In this document: piece by piece, positions 1-8,830 of the stretch | How positions within the stretch are numbered: the first letter of the stretch is position 1 | How the letters are laid out: each line of letters begins with the position of its first letter | Source of the DNA: Candidatus Omnitrophota bacterium | GTDB taxonomy: Bacteria; Omnitrophota; Gorgyraeia; Zapsychrales; JANLHA01 | Reading direction: 5' to 3' | Assembly (NCBI GenBank): GCA_029560465.1 | Contig: JAKQKX010000069.1 | Location: 6,447 to 70,446 of the forward strand | Length of the DNA stretch: 64,000 nucleotides | The notes under the pieces: generated by a model | Seen by the model: the letters and a program-made list of their open reading frames with translations, nothing else | Database searches by the model: none | Told to the model about the DNA's origin: nothing | Program-made: the position numbers and the translations under genes

Positions 1-1606
1 CCAGGAAGAGTTCCTGTTTCAAATTGAGCGTACACGTTTCGAGGGGCGGCTCAAGCCGCTCGGTGTTTGGCCGGTACCTGGAGAACGCACTTCAGATTTA
101 GATCGTACAGGCGGGGTTATCCAGGTCAGTGCGGATGCTGAGGATCTAGAGGACGCGGTTATGCGTTGTCGTCAGTATCTGAATCGAAACTTGGGGCTCG
201 ATCATAAGGATTCTTTCAAACAGTTGGCTGTCTTATTGTTAGCAAAGATTTATGATGAAACTTTATCGATTGAACAGCGCAAGTTTTGGATAAAAGGAGA
301 TGAACCATTTACAGATGCTGGGCAACAGGCCATTCAGCGACGCATCAACGAATGTATCACTGCTGCTAAAGTTTGGCAACCCGGCTTACTGACACGAGGT
401 TGGGATTTAACGCTGTCTTCTCAAGAAACCGCTCGGGTAGTGTCTGAGCTGAGCCGCTACTCTTTTAGTGAAACTCAACCCCGATACCGAACAAGTGCAT
501 TCCGTGCTATTGCCCGCAGTGTGATGGACGGGAGGGAAGGGCGCTATCCTACACCGCTAAATGTGGCCGATCTGGCAGTGCAAATGCTTCATCCTAAACC
601 GAATGAACGCATAATGGATTGTTCTAGCGGGACTGGCACCTTCTTAGCCATGACCGCGACCCATATTTTCAAAATTTATTTAGCATCTATGGGTACAACT
701 CCTGAAATGGCTAACAACGAACAGATATTGCAAGCACAACGTGAAACAGCTGCCTGGGCGGCCGGTAATGCACTTGGTTGTGATATCGATCCATTCTTGG
801 TGGTCACAAGCCGTATGAATCTGTTGTTCACTATAGGCAACCCTGGACGCATTTTCCGGATTGATGCTCGCAGTTTTCCCGATGGAGATTTAGACGGTAT
901 CGAAACAGCTCGACCTGCGATATCACTGGGAAGTATGGACGTGGTTTTGCTCAATCCATGGTTCTCGACGCAGGATACAGTCAGTGACACTTCGATCTTG
1001 AGGCGCTACGAATTGGGAAATGTCTGGGAGCGGGATGAGGATGGCGGTTATCGTAGTACCGGTAATATGAATACCGGTGGAGTGCCCCCAGAAGTGCTGT
1101 TTTTGGAACGTGCTTTGCAGTGGGTGAAGCCTGGAACTGGTCGTATAGGAATTTTGTTGCCGGATGGTCTATTAGGTAATCCCGGAGATGAATATGTCCG
1201 TTGGTGGATTCTGCGTCATTGTGAGGTTCTGGCAAGTGTTGATCTCCCGGTGGAGCCTTTCAAAGTTACTGTTAAAGAGTACGGTATGACACCTGCATTG
1301 CCGAGTCTGCTGGTGCTGCGCCGCCGTAGCCAGGAAGAATTGATCAACACCGAACATCCGGAATATAATGTTTTTATGGCTGTTGTAGATCGATCTGGTG
1401 TGGATGCTCGGGGTAACCTACTATTTCAGCGAGCACCTGATGGTGAAGAGTTAATCTTTGATGAAGAAGTTATAGAGCGTATTCGCGAAGGGGGCGAAGT
1501 GGAAATTCGGCGTACTACACGGAGCTCTCGTCGTATTCATGATGAATTACCATTGGTAGCAAGAAAATATAAGGAATTCTGCTCGACCGGAGAGGTGATG
1601 TCATGA
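1..1606 (+). CDS. Type I restriction-modification-like N6-adenine DNA methyltransferase (HsdM-like), 5' end outside the window
   Basis: The frame stays open from nt 2 to the stop at 1604-1606. Motif I-like D-C-S-S-G-T-G-T-F-L sits near nt 613-642. A catalytic motif IV variant, LLNPWF (NPWF instead of NPPF), lies near nt 949-966. The N-terminal region resembles HsdM_N (LAVLLLAKIYDE). The stop overlaps the next start as ATGA. Confidence 0.7.
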   Translation, partial: QEEFLFQIERTRFEGRLKPLGVWPVPGERTSDLDRTGGVIQVSADAEDLEDAVMRCRQYLNRNLGLDHKDSFKQLAVLLLAKIYDETLSIEQRKFWIKGDEPFTDAGQQAIQRRINECITAAKVWQPGLLTRGWDLTLSSQETARVVSELSRYSFSETQPRYRTSAFRAIARSVMDGREGRYPTPLNVADLAVQMLHPKPNERIMDCSSGTGTFLAMTATHIFKIYLASMGTTPEMANNEQILQAQRETAAWAAGNALGCDIDPFLVVTSRMNLLFTIGNPGRIFRIDARSFPDGDLDGIETARPAISLGSMDVVLLNPWFSTQDTVSDTSILRRYELGNVWERDEDGGYRSTGNMNTGGVPPEVLFLERALQWVKPGTGRIGILLPDGLLGNPGDEYVRWWILRHCEVLASVDLPVEPFKVTVKEYGMTPALPSLLVLRRRSQEELINTEHPEYNVFMAVVDRSGVDARGNLLFQRAPDGEELIFDEEVIERIREGGEVEIRRTTRSSRRIHDELPLVARKYKEFCSTGEVMS

Positions 1607-3000
1607 GCAGAAAGTTTCAGTGCAAGGCGATTCCAAGCTCATGGATTGAAAAGCAGGGCCGTCGGCTTGATTGTGGACCATATATGTCAGGAGCAATGGA
1701 AGCGCGAGAATTGCTTCGCAAACTAAAGGCGAGAAAGGATCATCTTCAAAATTTAACAGAGGGCGGTATTTCGGGGATCATTAATGCAGGACGAATTACG
1801 CGCCGGTGGGTAGATACTACTGAACATGGGTATCCATTCCTATCTAGTTCGGACATTCTTCAGGCCGATTTAGCTAACATAAGCCATATTGCAAAATCAG
1901 TTGCCCGAAAGAATAGTCAGCTTCTAATAAAAACAAGTTGGATCCTCATCACCCGCTCTGGCAATATTGGTCGTATGGCTTACGTGCGTGCCGATATGAA
2001 CGGAATGGCTTGTTCGGAAGATGTTTTAAGGATCATTCCGGATGAAAGCACTATCAAACCGGGTTATCTCTATGCATACCTTAGCACGAAGTTTGGCGTG
2101 CCAATCGTTATTTCTGGGACATATGGCTCGATCATAACCCATCTTGAACCTAATCATATCGCTGACCTCCCTGTTCCGCGTCTCGGCGCGGTGGAAGATC
2201 AAGCCCATAAGCTGATTCAACAAGCAGCAGATTTGCGAGTTGAAGGTGCAAAAGCATTCAATGAAGCAAAATTTATTTTTGATGAGATGTTGGAGGTTCG
2301 GGATAATGACAAACCTCTTTGTGGTTTGTCATTTTCAACCGTTAATGCTTCATCGTTACTGAAACGTGTTGATGCCGCCTATCATTCGCCATCGGCTATC
2401 CGCATAGAAGGCAATATTCACTCAGGATCTCATACATCAGTTGGCGAAATTGCAAACGTAATGTTGCCTCCAATTAGTTCCAGAGTCATGACTAATGAAC
2501 CCGATTACGGGTATCCATATTTCTCGGGGGATGCTCTTTATTATTGGACGCCAGAACCGAAGGGGCATTTAGCAAGAAAATCACCCAAGATTGAGACGCT
2601 CATAGTTAATGAAGAGGGGATTTTAGTACAGGCGTTTGGTCAAACCTATGGCCTGATCTGTCGTCCCACTTGGATAATTCCTAGTCTTGTTGGCTCCGCG
2701 ATTAGTGGTTTGATGCTGCGACTGACATCACCAGATAAGCGTATGTTGAGATACCTTTATGCTTTTATAGCATCTCGGGCGGGACAAATTGTGACGAAAA
2801 GGCTACCCTATGGCGGCTCTATTCCACATATGAATGAAGGCCAATATCGAGAAGTTCCAGTTCCTTTATTTGAAGACGGCTTGATCGATCGAGTTTGTGA
2901 AAAAATGGAGATTTTCATTAATTCGAAAACAACGAGCAATGCTTTAGAATCCCAAGCTCGTACCCTCGTTGAGCGCGCTATTGAAGAGGGAGGTTGCTAA
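1603..3000 (+). CDS. Type I R-M specificity subunit (HsdS-like), two target-recognition domains
   Basis: 465 aa. It shows two repeats of the conserved HsdS spacer region (LPVPRLGAVEDQAHKLIQ... and VPVPLFEDGLIDRVCEKME...). Its ATG overlaps the upstream stop, and its own stop shares one nucleotide with the next start (TAATG). Confidence 0.7.
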   Translation: MSRKFQCKAIPSSWIEKQGRRLDCGPYMSGAMEARELLRKLKARKDHLQNLTEGGISGIINAGRITRRWVDTTEHGYPFLSSSDILQADLANISHIAKSVARKNSQLLIKTSWILITRSGNIGRMAYVRADMNGMACSEDVLRIIPDESTIKPGYLYAYLSTKFGVPIVISGTYGSIITHLEPNHIADLPVPRLGAVEDQAHKLIQQAADLRVEGAKAFNEAKFIFDEMLEVRDNDKPLCGLSFSTVNASSLLKRVDAAYHSPSAIRIEGNIHSGSHTSVGEIANVMLPPISSRVMTNEPDYGYPYFSGDALYYWTPEPKGHLARKSPKIETLIVNEEGILVQAFGQTYGLICRPTWIIPSLVGSAISGLMLRLTSPDKRMLRYLYAFIASRAGQIVTKRLPYGGSIPHMNEGQYREVPVPLFEDGLIDRVCEKMEIFINSKTTSNALESQARTLVERAIEEGGC

Positions 3001-6000
3001 TGGCGAAAGTTATACCCATTGGGCAACCCACGAACGAATCTGAACGTCAAGCGATTGGGTTTCTTCGGGACCATTTGCCTGACGGCTGGTTAATATTTCA
3101 TAATTTCGAGATGCGTCAGAGTGAGGAAGTTTTCGAGATTGACATCGCTATTCTCGCTCCTCACGCAATTTATTTGGTGGATGTCAAAGGTACGAGGGGC
3201 AATATCGATGTTTACGGTTCCAAGTGGTATCCTGAGGGACGACAGCCGTTTTTTTCGCCACTGGCCAAATTGCGTAGTCACGCCAAGAGCATGGCTGCGA
3301 TTATTCGTGAAAGCAACACCGGTCTCATCGAGTTGCGCAAGGCTCACGTGCATGCCACCGTACTGCTCACTGCCGACGACGCCACCGTATATGACCAAGC
3401 AGGTATCGATAGCCCTGATGTAACTGATCTGAAGCACTGCCTGAAATATTTCCGTGACCAAAGCCGCATCCCTGACAATCGGTTGGATAACATTTCCCGC
3501 TTCCACTCTCAAATTATCAAGGCGATCACTGGTAACGCCAAACCCAAAAGTGCGGCCATGGTATTTCGTGATTGGCAGGTTGAAGAGAAGCTGGGTGGAA
3601 CTGACCGGTATACTGAGTATCGTGCCAAGCACAATTTGTTAGGTAAGAGTGGGGGGTTTGCCCGGTTGCGTGTATATAAGACCGATCCTTATCAGGATGA
3701 AGTCGCTCGTAAGGAAGAATTTAAGAAGATAAGTAATGCGTACCGCGCTGTGGCGCACATGCCAACCCATGCCAATATATTGGCTGTTAAGGACCTTTTT
3801 ATCAATGATGATGAAGATAAGGTCGTATTAGTTACTGAGGATTTGCCTAGCCAAGCCTTGCGGTTGCATATAAATAAAACATCGCTAGCTCTGACCTTTG
3901 ACCAGAAACTTCAGGTAATGCGGGATGTTTTGTCGGCCTTGGATCATGCTCATCGCCATGAGGTAATCCATCGCAATCTGACTACGGATGCACTACTGAT
4001 AACCAAAGGGGGACAAGCGCGCGTTACTGGTTTCGATTTTGCCCGGGTTGGCAAAAATCGCACCTCGACGATTGCTGATCAGATTGTAGATGACCTCGAT
4101 GCAGCTTACCAATCTCCAGAGTGCTTTAAGGACCCTTCCCAGGCGAGCATTGCCTCTGATTTATATGCCGCTGGCCTAATTTTTTATGAACTGTTAACTG
4201 GTGAATTGCCTTTTGAAAATGTTGATCAGATGATGGAGGCTGATGGCAAATTTCCGATGAAACCTACGGAGCATAAACCGGACTTACCCAATGGGATCGA
4301 CGAATGGTTACAGATGTTCTGTGAGTTTGATCCGGAAGATCGTTATGCCAGTGCAGCTATTGCCAGGAAAGCCTTAGATGATCTGATTTTACCTGAAGCC
4401 AAGAATAATTCCACACCTGTCGCAGGTAGTCCATTGTCAGAAACACCAAAGTTCCCGGATGATTTGACTAATTTACCGCAGGATTTTATTTTGGCAGATC
4501 GATTTCGCATTCAAAAGAAATTAGGAAGTGGAGGTTTCGGAGTAGCCTATAAGGTATTTGATTCCTTGGGTGATGTAGTACGGGTTATCAAGTTGGTGAC
4601 GAAAGACCGTCGAAGTATTTATGAGCGCTTACGCCGAGAATATAAAACTCTCACTAACCTACCAGAGCATCCTCACGTTGTAAAGGTTGTTTGGGCAGAC
4701 AGGATGACTGATGCTAAGCAGACACCATATATTGTTTTTGACTACGTGGAAGGTCTTGATGTTTCAGGTCTGATCGAGGCGGAGGCTTTGTCGCTTGAAG
4801 ATTCCGTGCGTATAGTCCGAGAAGCTGCGGAGGGACTTGGACATCTGCATAAGCATGGGGTATATCACCAAGACGTGAAGCCTTCTAATCTTCTTTGGAC
4901 AGACAAGGGTGTCCGAATAATTGATTTCAATGTTGCTGTTTCTGAAAACAATGAGGTTATGGGGGGAGGTGGCACCCGTCGTTATGTTCCACCAGATTAT
5001 AATTATTCAAGTGAACCCGAAGCTGCTGATCGTAAAGACCGGGACCTCTATGCTCTGGGGATTACATTTTATGAATGTTTAACTGGAAAATATCCGTTTG
5101 ACGGGCCGACTCCACCGATTAAGGGGCAGGCAAAGGATCCTAAACAGTTCAAGGGCTGTGCAGATTTAAGTTTATCCTTGATCGCTGTGTTGGTGAAGAT
5201 GATCGAACCGGAACGTAAGGATAGATTTGCTTCGGTACAGGAGTTTTTATCTGCTTTAGCGGTGGTTAAACATTATCGGTCGGTTCTTAGCACCAGTGAA
5301 ATAGATGCCGGTCATAAAGTTGTAGCTAAATTGAGCTTCGAGCCAACCAAACCGAACACAAATCCCTTTGTGATGCATCTTTTAACACTATATAGTCAAA
5401 GTCAAGTGTCTAATGCGGGGACTCGTGGCTTAGACGAAGTAGGCAAAGCGACATATGTATCGACTTATCTTGACGAAAAACTCCAACCCGCTCTGCTTAA
5501 AGGGGAGTTTCGGTTGGTGATCATCAGTGGTAATGCGGGTGACGGCAAGACGGCTTTTATCCAGCAATTTGAAACCTTTGCGGAAAGTAAGGGTGCACAG
5601 ATGCAACGGGGAGTTAATGGTGCTGTCTTTCAGCTTAAGGGGCACACATATCAGAGTAACTATGATGGTAGCCAGGATGAAGGGGATGAACGTAATGACG
5701 CTGTATTGCAGAAATTTTTTGCGCCTTTTGTCGGGAAAGATAATTCGGCCTGGCCCGAAAATCAAACTCGACTGATTGCGATTAATGAGGGCCGCCTCGT
5801 TGATTTCTTTCTTGAACATGAGGACAAATTCCCATTGTTGTCTATGCATATTAAGAAGGGACTTTTGGGGAGCATGCCGGAAGAAGGGGTGGTGGTAATT
5901 AACCTTAATCTACGCTCAGTGGTAGCTGAGCCCTCGGGAACTCAATCTTCAATTCTGGAACGCCTACTTGCACGCATGTGCAATCAGGAATATTGGCAAG

Positions 6001-7136
6001 CTTGTGAAAAGTGCGACATCAAGGCCAAATGTTACGCCTATCACAATATCAAGACTTTTCAGGATCCTGTCGCTGGCCCCAAGGTGATAGACCGATTGAA
6101 AATGCTTTACACTATTACCCATTTGCGGGGTAGATTGCACATCACAATGCGTGACCTGCGGTCAGCGTTGGCTTTTATGCTAGTTGGAACACGTAATTGC
6201 GACGATATCCATAATCTTTACCAAAACGGTGGAGAAGTGAACAAGAATCGAATTCTTGATAGCCTCTACTTTAACTCATGGTTGGGGGGAAGTGAAGGTT
6301 CAAATGACCGGCTCATCTCATTATTACGAGAGATCGATGTGGCTGAGGTAAGCAATCCAGCAATGGATCGTGAAATGGATTTCTTAAATCCACAATCTAA
6401 ACCGATGAGCCGGTTTTCCTTTACTGAAAGAGCCGGTTATGACGATGAGCTTATTGCGGCGCTGTTTCGTAACCTACCCAGAGAATTTACTTCTAAAAAC
6501 CGTCCAAGATTGATTTCAAAACATCGTGATTATCTTTCCCATATGCGCCGCCGCCTTTTTTTTGAACATCGTGATAGTGCCTGGAAAGGGATGCTTCCAT
6601 ATGGAAGCATTGATTCATTTCTTGCAGCCATTAAGGATTCCGGTATAAAAAATAAAAATGACGCCGCAACAATTCTTCGTGCAATTAACCGAGGTGAAGG
6701 CCTAAGTGATCCAGACCGGTTAGGTAATCAATTAGCATTAAAAGTCCGCCAGGTGGAAAAAGGTACTATTCGTAGTTATCGACTTTTTGACGGAGGACTC
6801 TTTACTCTACGCACTGAACAAGAAACAGCCGCCCATCCATTTCTGGAATGTTTGTCCCAAGCTCTTGTACTTATTTATAATTCTGGTGATAACCACGTGG
6901 CCAGCTTGCGAATTAATCTCGATGTTTATGAAATGTTGATGCGGTTAAACAAAGGATATAGACCGAGTATCGAGGAACAAGAGGGCTTTTATCTCAGTTT
7001 GGCTGTTTTCAAAAATATTCTTTCCGCTGCGCCATACCATGAAATTCTTTTGACGGAAAGCGGTTTTGATTTCTTCCAGATCCGTCGTAAGGAAAACGGT
7101 GTCCTGCATCTGGGGAAAGTAAGCCGGGAGACATAA
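3000..7136 (+). CDS. Multidomain protein: N-terminal NERD nuclease-related domain, two Hanks-type protein-kinase-like domains, and a C-terminal P-loop NTPase region of about 540 aa
   Basis: NERD signature: EVFEIDIAILAPHAIYLVDVKGTRGNI. Kinase-like domain 1 has a G-rich loop GKSGGFA, catalytic loop HRNLTT (Asn in place of the catalytic Asp, nt 3968-3979) and DFA. Kinase domain 2 has GSGGFGVAY, VIKL, HQDVKPSN (nt about 4864-4890), DFN and an APE-like PPDY...DLYALG. Walker A is ISGNAGDGKT at nt about 5524-5553. A GGGAGG RBS lies upstream. Confidence 0.8.
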   Translation: MAKVIPIGQPTNESERQAIGFLRDHLPDGWLIFHNFEMRQSEEVFEIDIAILAPHAIYLVDVKGTRGNIDVYGSKWYPEGRQPFFSPLAKLRSHAKSMAAIIRESNTGLIELRKAHVHATVLLTADDATVYDQAGIDSPDVTDLKHCLKYFRDQSRIPDNRLDNISRFHSQIIKAITGNAKPKSAAMVFRDWQVEEKLGGTDRYTEYRAKHNLLGKSGGFARLRVYKTDPYQDEVARKEEFKKISNAYRAVAHMPTHANILAVKDLFINDDEDKVVLVTEDLPSQALRLHINKTSLALTFDQKLQVMRDVLSALDHAHRHEVIHRNLTTDALLITKGGQARVTGFDFARVGKNRTSTIADQIVDDLDAAYQSPECFKDPSQASIASDLYAAGLIFYELLTGELPFENVDQMMEADGKFPMKPTEHKPDLPNGIDEWLQMFCEFDPEDRYASAAIARKALDDLILPEAKNNSTPVAGSPLSETPKFPDDLTNLPQDFILADRFRIQKKLGSGGFGVAYKVFDSLGDVVRVIKLVTKDRRSIYERLRREYKTLTNLPEHPHVVKVVWADRMTDAKQTPYIVFDYVEGLDVSGLIEAEALSLEDSVRIVREAAEGLGHLHKHGVYHQDVKPSNLLWTDKGVRIIDFNVAVSENNEVMGGGGTRRYVPPDYNYSSEPEAADRKDRDLYALGITFYECLTGKYPFDGPTPPIKGQAKDPKQFKGCADLSLSLIAVLVKMIEPERKDRFASVQEFLSALAVVKHYRSVLSTSEIDAGHKVVAKLSFEPTKPNTNPFVMHLLTLYSQSQVSNAGTRGLDEVGKATYVSTYLDEKLQPALLKGEFRLVIISGNAGDGKTAFIQQFETFAESKGAQMQRGVNGAVFQLKGHTYQSNYDGSQDEGDERNDAVLQKFFAPFVGKDNSAWPENQTRLIAINEGRLVDFFLEHEDKFPLLSMHIKKGLLGSMPEEGVVVINLNLRSVVAEPSGTQSSILERLLARMCNQEYWQACEKCDIKAKCYAYHNIKTFQDPVAGPKVIDRLKMLYTITHLRGRLHITMRDLRSALAFMLVGTRNCDDIHNLYQNGGEVNKNRILDSLYFNSWLGGSEGSNDRLISLLREIDVAEVSNPAMDREMDFLNPQSKPMSRFSFTERAGYDDELIAALFRNLPREFTSKNRPRLISKHRDYLSHMRRRLFFEHRDSAWKGMLPYGSIDSFLAAIKDSGIKNKNDAATILRAINRGEGLSDPDRLGNQLALKVRQVEKGTIRSYRLFDGGLFTLRTEQETAAHPFLECLSQALVLIYNSGDNHVASLRINLDVYEMLMRLNKGYRPSIEEQEGFYLSLAVFKNILSAAPYHEILLTESGFDFFQIRRKENGVLHLGKVSRET

Positions 7137-7138
7137 TT

Positions 7139-8830
7139 ATGAGTATCAAAAGTAGAGATAAGGAATTCCGTACACCTAAAACAACTTATATTGATTTTAA
7201 ACATATTGAAATGGACCGAGTTTTAACAATGTTATTCCCTCGACTTAAATATGATGGTTATGCCAGCCGATTTAGCCGAGGACGAATTTTAGATGTTGAT
7301 GATTTTCTTAACGAATTTCTTGATAGGGGGGAATGGTTTGATGGTTTTGGTGATCATAAGGAAGTCTGTCGAAAATGGATAGAAACAGATTTATTGGATT
7401 TGGTAAATCGTGGGAAAGCTAATCAAGCTGTCGCTGCGCCACGGCCATTACATGGAAACACCTATAAATTTCGTAATGTTAAGCATACCCGCGATTATGG
7501 TGCTGCCGAACAAATTTATTGGCTGCTCTTTTACGCTCGCAGAGGTAAGGGGCAAGCTGCTCGTGATGCTTTGAAACGTTTCTTTTTCACAGGCTATGAC
7601 TTCCATACGGATAAGTATGATGCAAATCTTAATGTTGATGTAGAAACTCAGGCAATTTTGCGTCTTGATCATCAAGTTACTCAGGATACCAAAAGCTCTG
7701 ATGAGCCTACCAGATTCCAACCATTGTGTATAGGTCAGGCTGATATCATGGCGGATGATTTATTGCGGCTTTTAGCGTATGAACCTTATATCCCCCGGTC
7801 TGTGTTGGTAGATTATTTAAAAACTTTGATGGCTTTCCATTTGGCTTTATATCACCTTAAGTTGTTACACATGCTCCCTAAGCTGGTGAAGCAACGTTCT
7901 GGCAATGATCTTTGTAGTATGAAGGAATGTCCAATTAAATCTGGCTTGGACAATGCACTGGAAGGGTGTCCATATCGGATCTCTATAATCGTGGATATGG
8001 CAGATGTAAATAATCCACATATGTCGGAACTCGCTCGCAAATCAACCGACCGTTTATATCGACAAATCCCTGTTTTTGTGCAGGCCAATTTCATCATAAA
8101 GAAACTAGATGAAATGGCAGACAACCTTCGCCTTCAAGGGAAAATGCCGTTGCCCTCTTATGGATTTTTTAGCGTGAATGATCTATTGTCGCTACTCAAA
8201 CCAGAACATCAACAAAATAGGGAAACATATTTTTCTGCTCGTCTTTCCAGGATGGTTGAAGACTCTGGTTCTAATGGGGAAGAATTAGACCCAGAGATTC
8301 GAGAAGTTTTGTCTATAGATCTTGATGATTTCGACAAGTTTATTGAAATTCTTATGGCATATCGAGGCAAATACCATAGGCAATATATTACTGAGTGTTT
8401 AGATTCATTACTTCTTAAGAATAAGGAAAACGGTTTGCTTGCACAGTCCCGCACTAAAGGTAGTCCCCGTCGATTTGTCCTTGGAAGCAAGCTCCTTGAA
8501 GTGCTATTGCAGGTTGCTGTGTTAGCATATGAGGAAGGACGTTTCGTAACTCGTGAATTACGAGTTGAAGATCTACTGGGCTTTTTAAGAAATCGATATG
8601 GCTTATACATAGATCGCCTGCCGGAAGATGGCCAGCACATTAAAGCTAATAATTGCAGTATCGTAGATAGGCGGGCACTTCGCTTAAATCTTGAAGCATT
8701 CAAACGACGATTGCGTGAAATAGGTTTTTACCAAGATTTGTCGGACGCGTATGTGACCCAGAAAATATCGCCTCGTTATGCTATCGAGAGAGGCCAAGGG
8801 GCTATGCTGGATGGAGAGCCACGTAAATGA
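7139..8830 (+). CDS. Hypothetical protein (563 aa), middle gene of the operon; I recognise no catalytic motif
   Basis: ORF with 2-nt spacing from the upstream stop, and an ATGA overlap with the downstream gene. Coding-like composition. No motif I can name. Confidence 0.6.
   Translation: MSIKSRDKEFRTPKTTYIDFKHIEMDRVLTMLFPRLKYDGYASRFSRGRILDVDDFLNEFLDRGEWFDGFGDHKEVCRKWIETDLLDLVNRGKANQAVAAPRPLHGNTYKFRNVKHTRDYGAAEQIYWLLFYARRGKGQAARDALKRFFFTGYDFHTDKYDANLNVDVETQAILRLDHQVTQDTKSSDEPTRFQPLCIGQADIMADDLLRLLAYEPYIPRSVLVDYLKTLMAFHLALYHLKLLHMLPKLVKQRSGNDLCSMKECPIKSGLDNALEGCPYRISIIVDMADVNNPHMSELARKSTDRLYRQIPVFVQANFIIKKLDEMADNLRLQGKMPLPSYGFFSVNDLLSLLKPEHQQNRETYFSARLSRMVEDSGSNGEELDPEIREVLSIDLDDFDKFIEILMAYRGKYHRQYITECLDSLLLKNKENGLLAQSRTKGSPRRFVLGSKLLEVLLQVAVLAYEEGRFVTRELRVEDLLGFLRNRYGLYIDRLPEDGQHIKANNCSIVDRRALRLNLEAFKRRLREIGFYQDLSDAYVTQKISPRYAIERGQGAMLDGEPRK

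Noticed and set aside
676-1357. Three minus-strand ORFs (676-990, 981-1235, 1172-1357) inside the methyltransferase gene
   Set aside because: They are antisense to a well-supported coding frame. The sequences are low-complexity or Arg/Ser/His-rich and have no RBS. Typical shadow ORFs.
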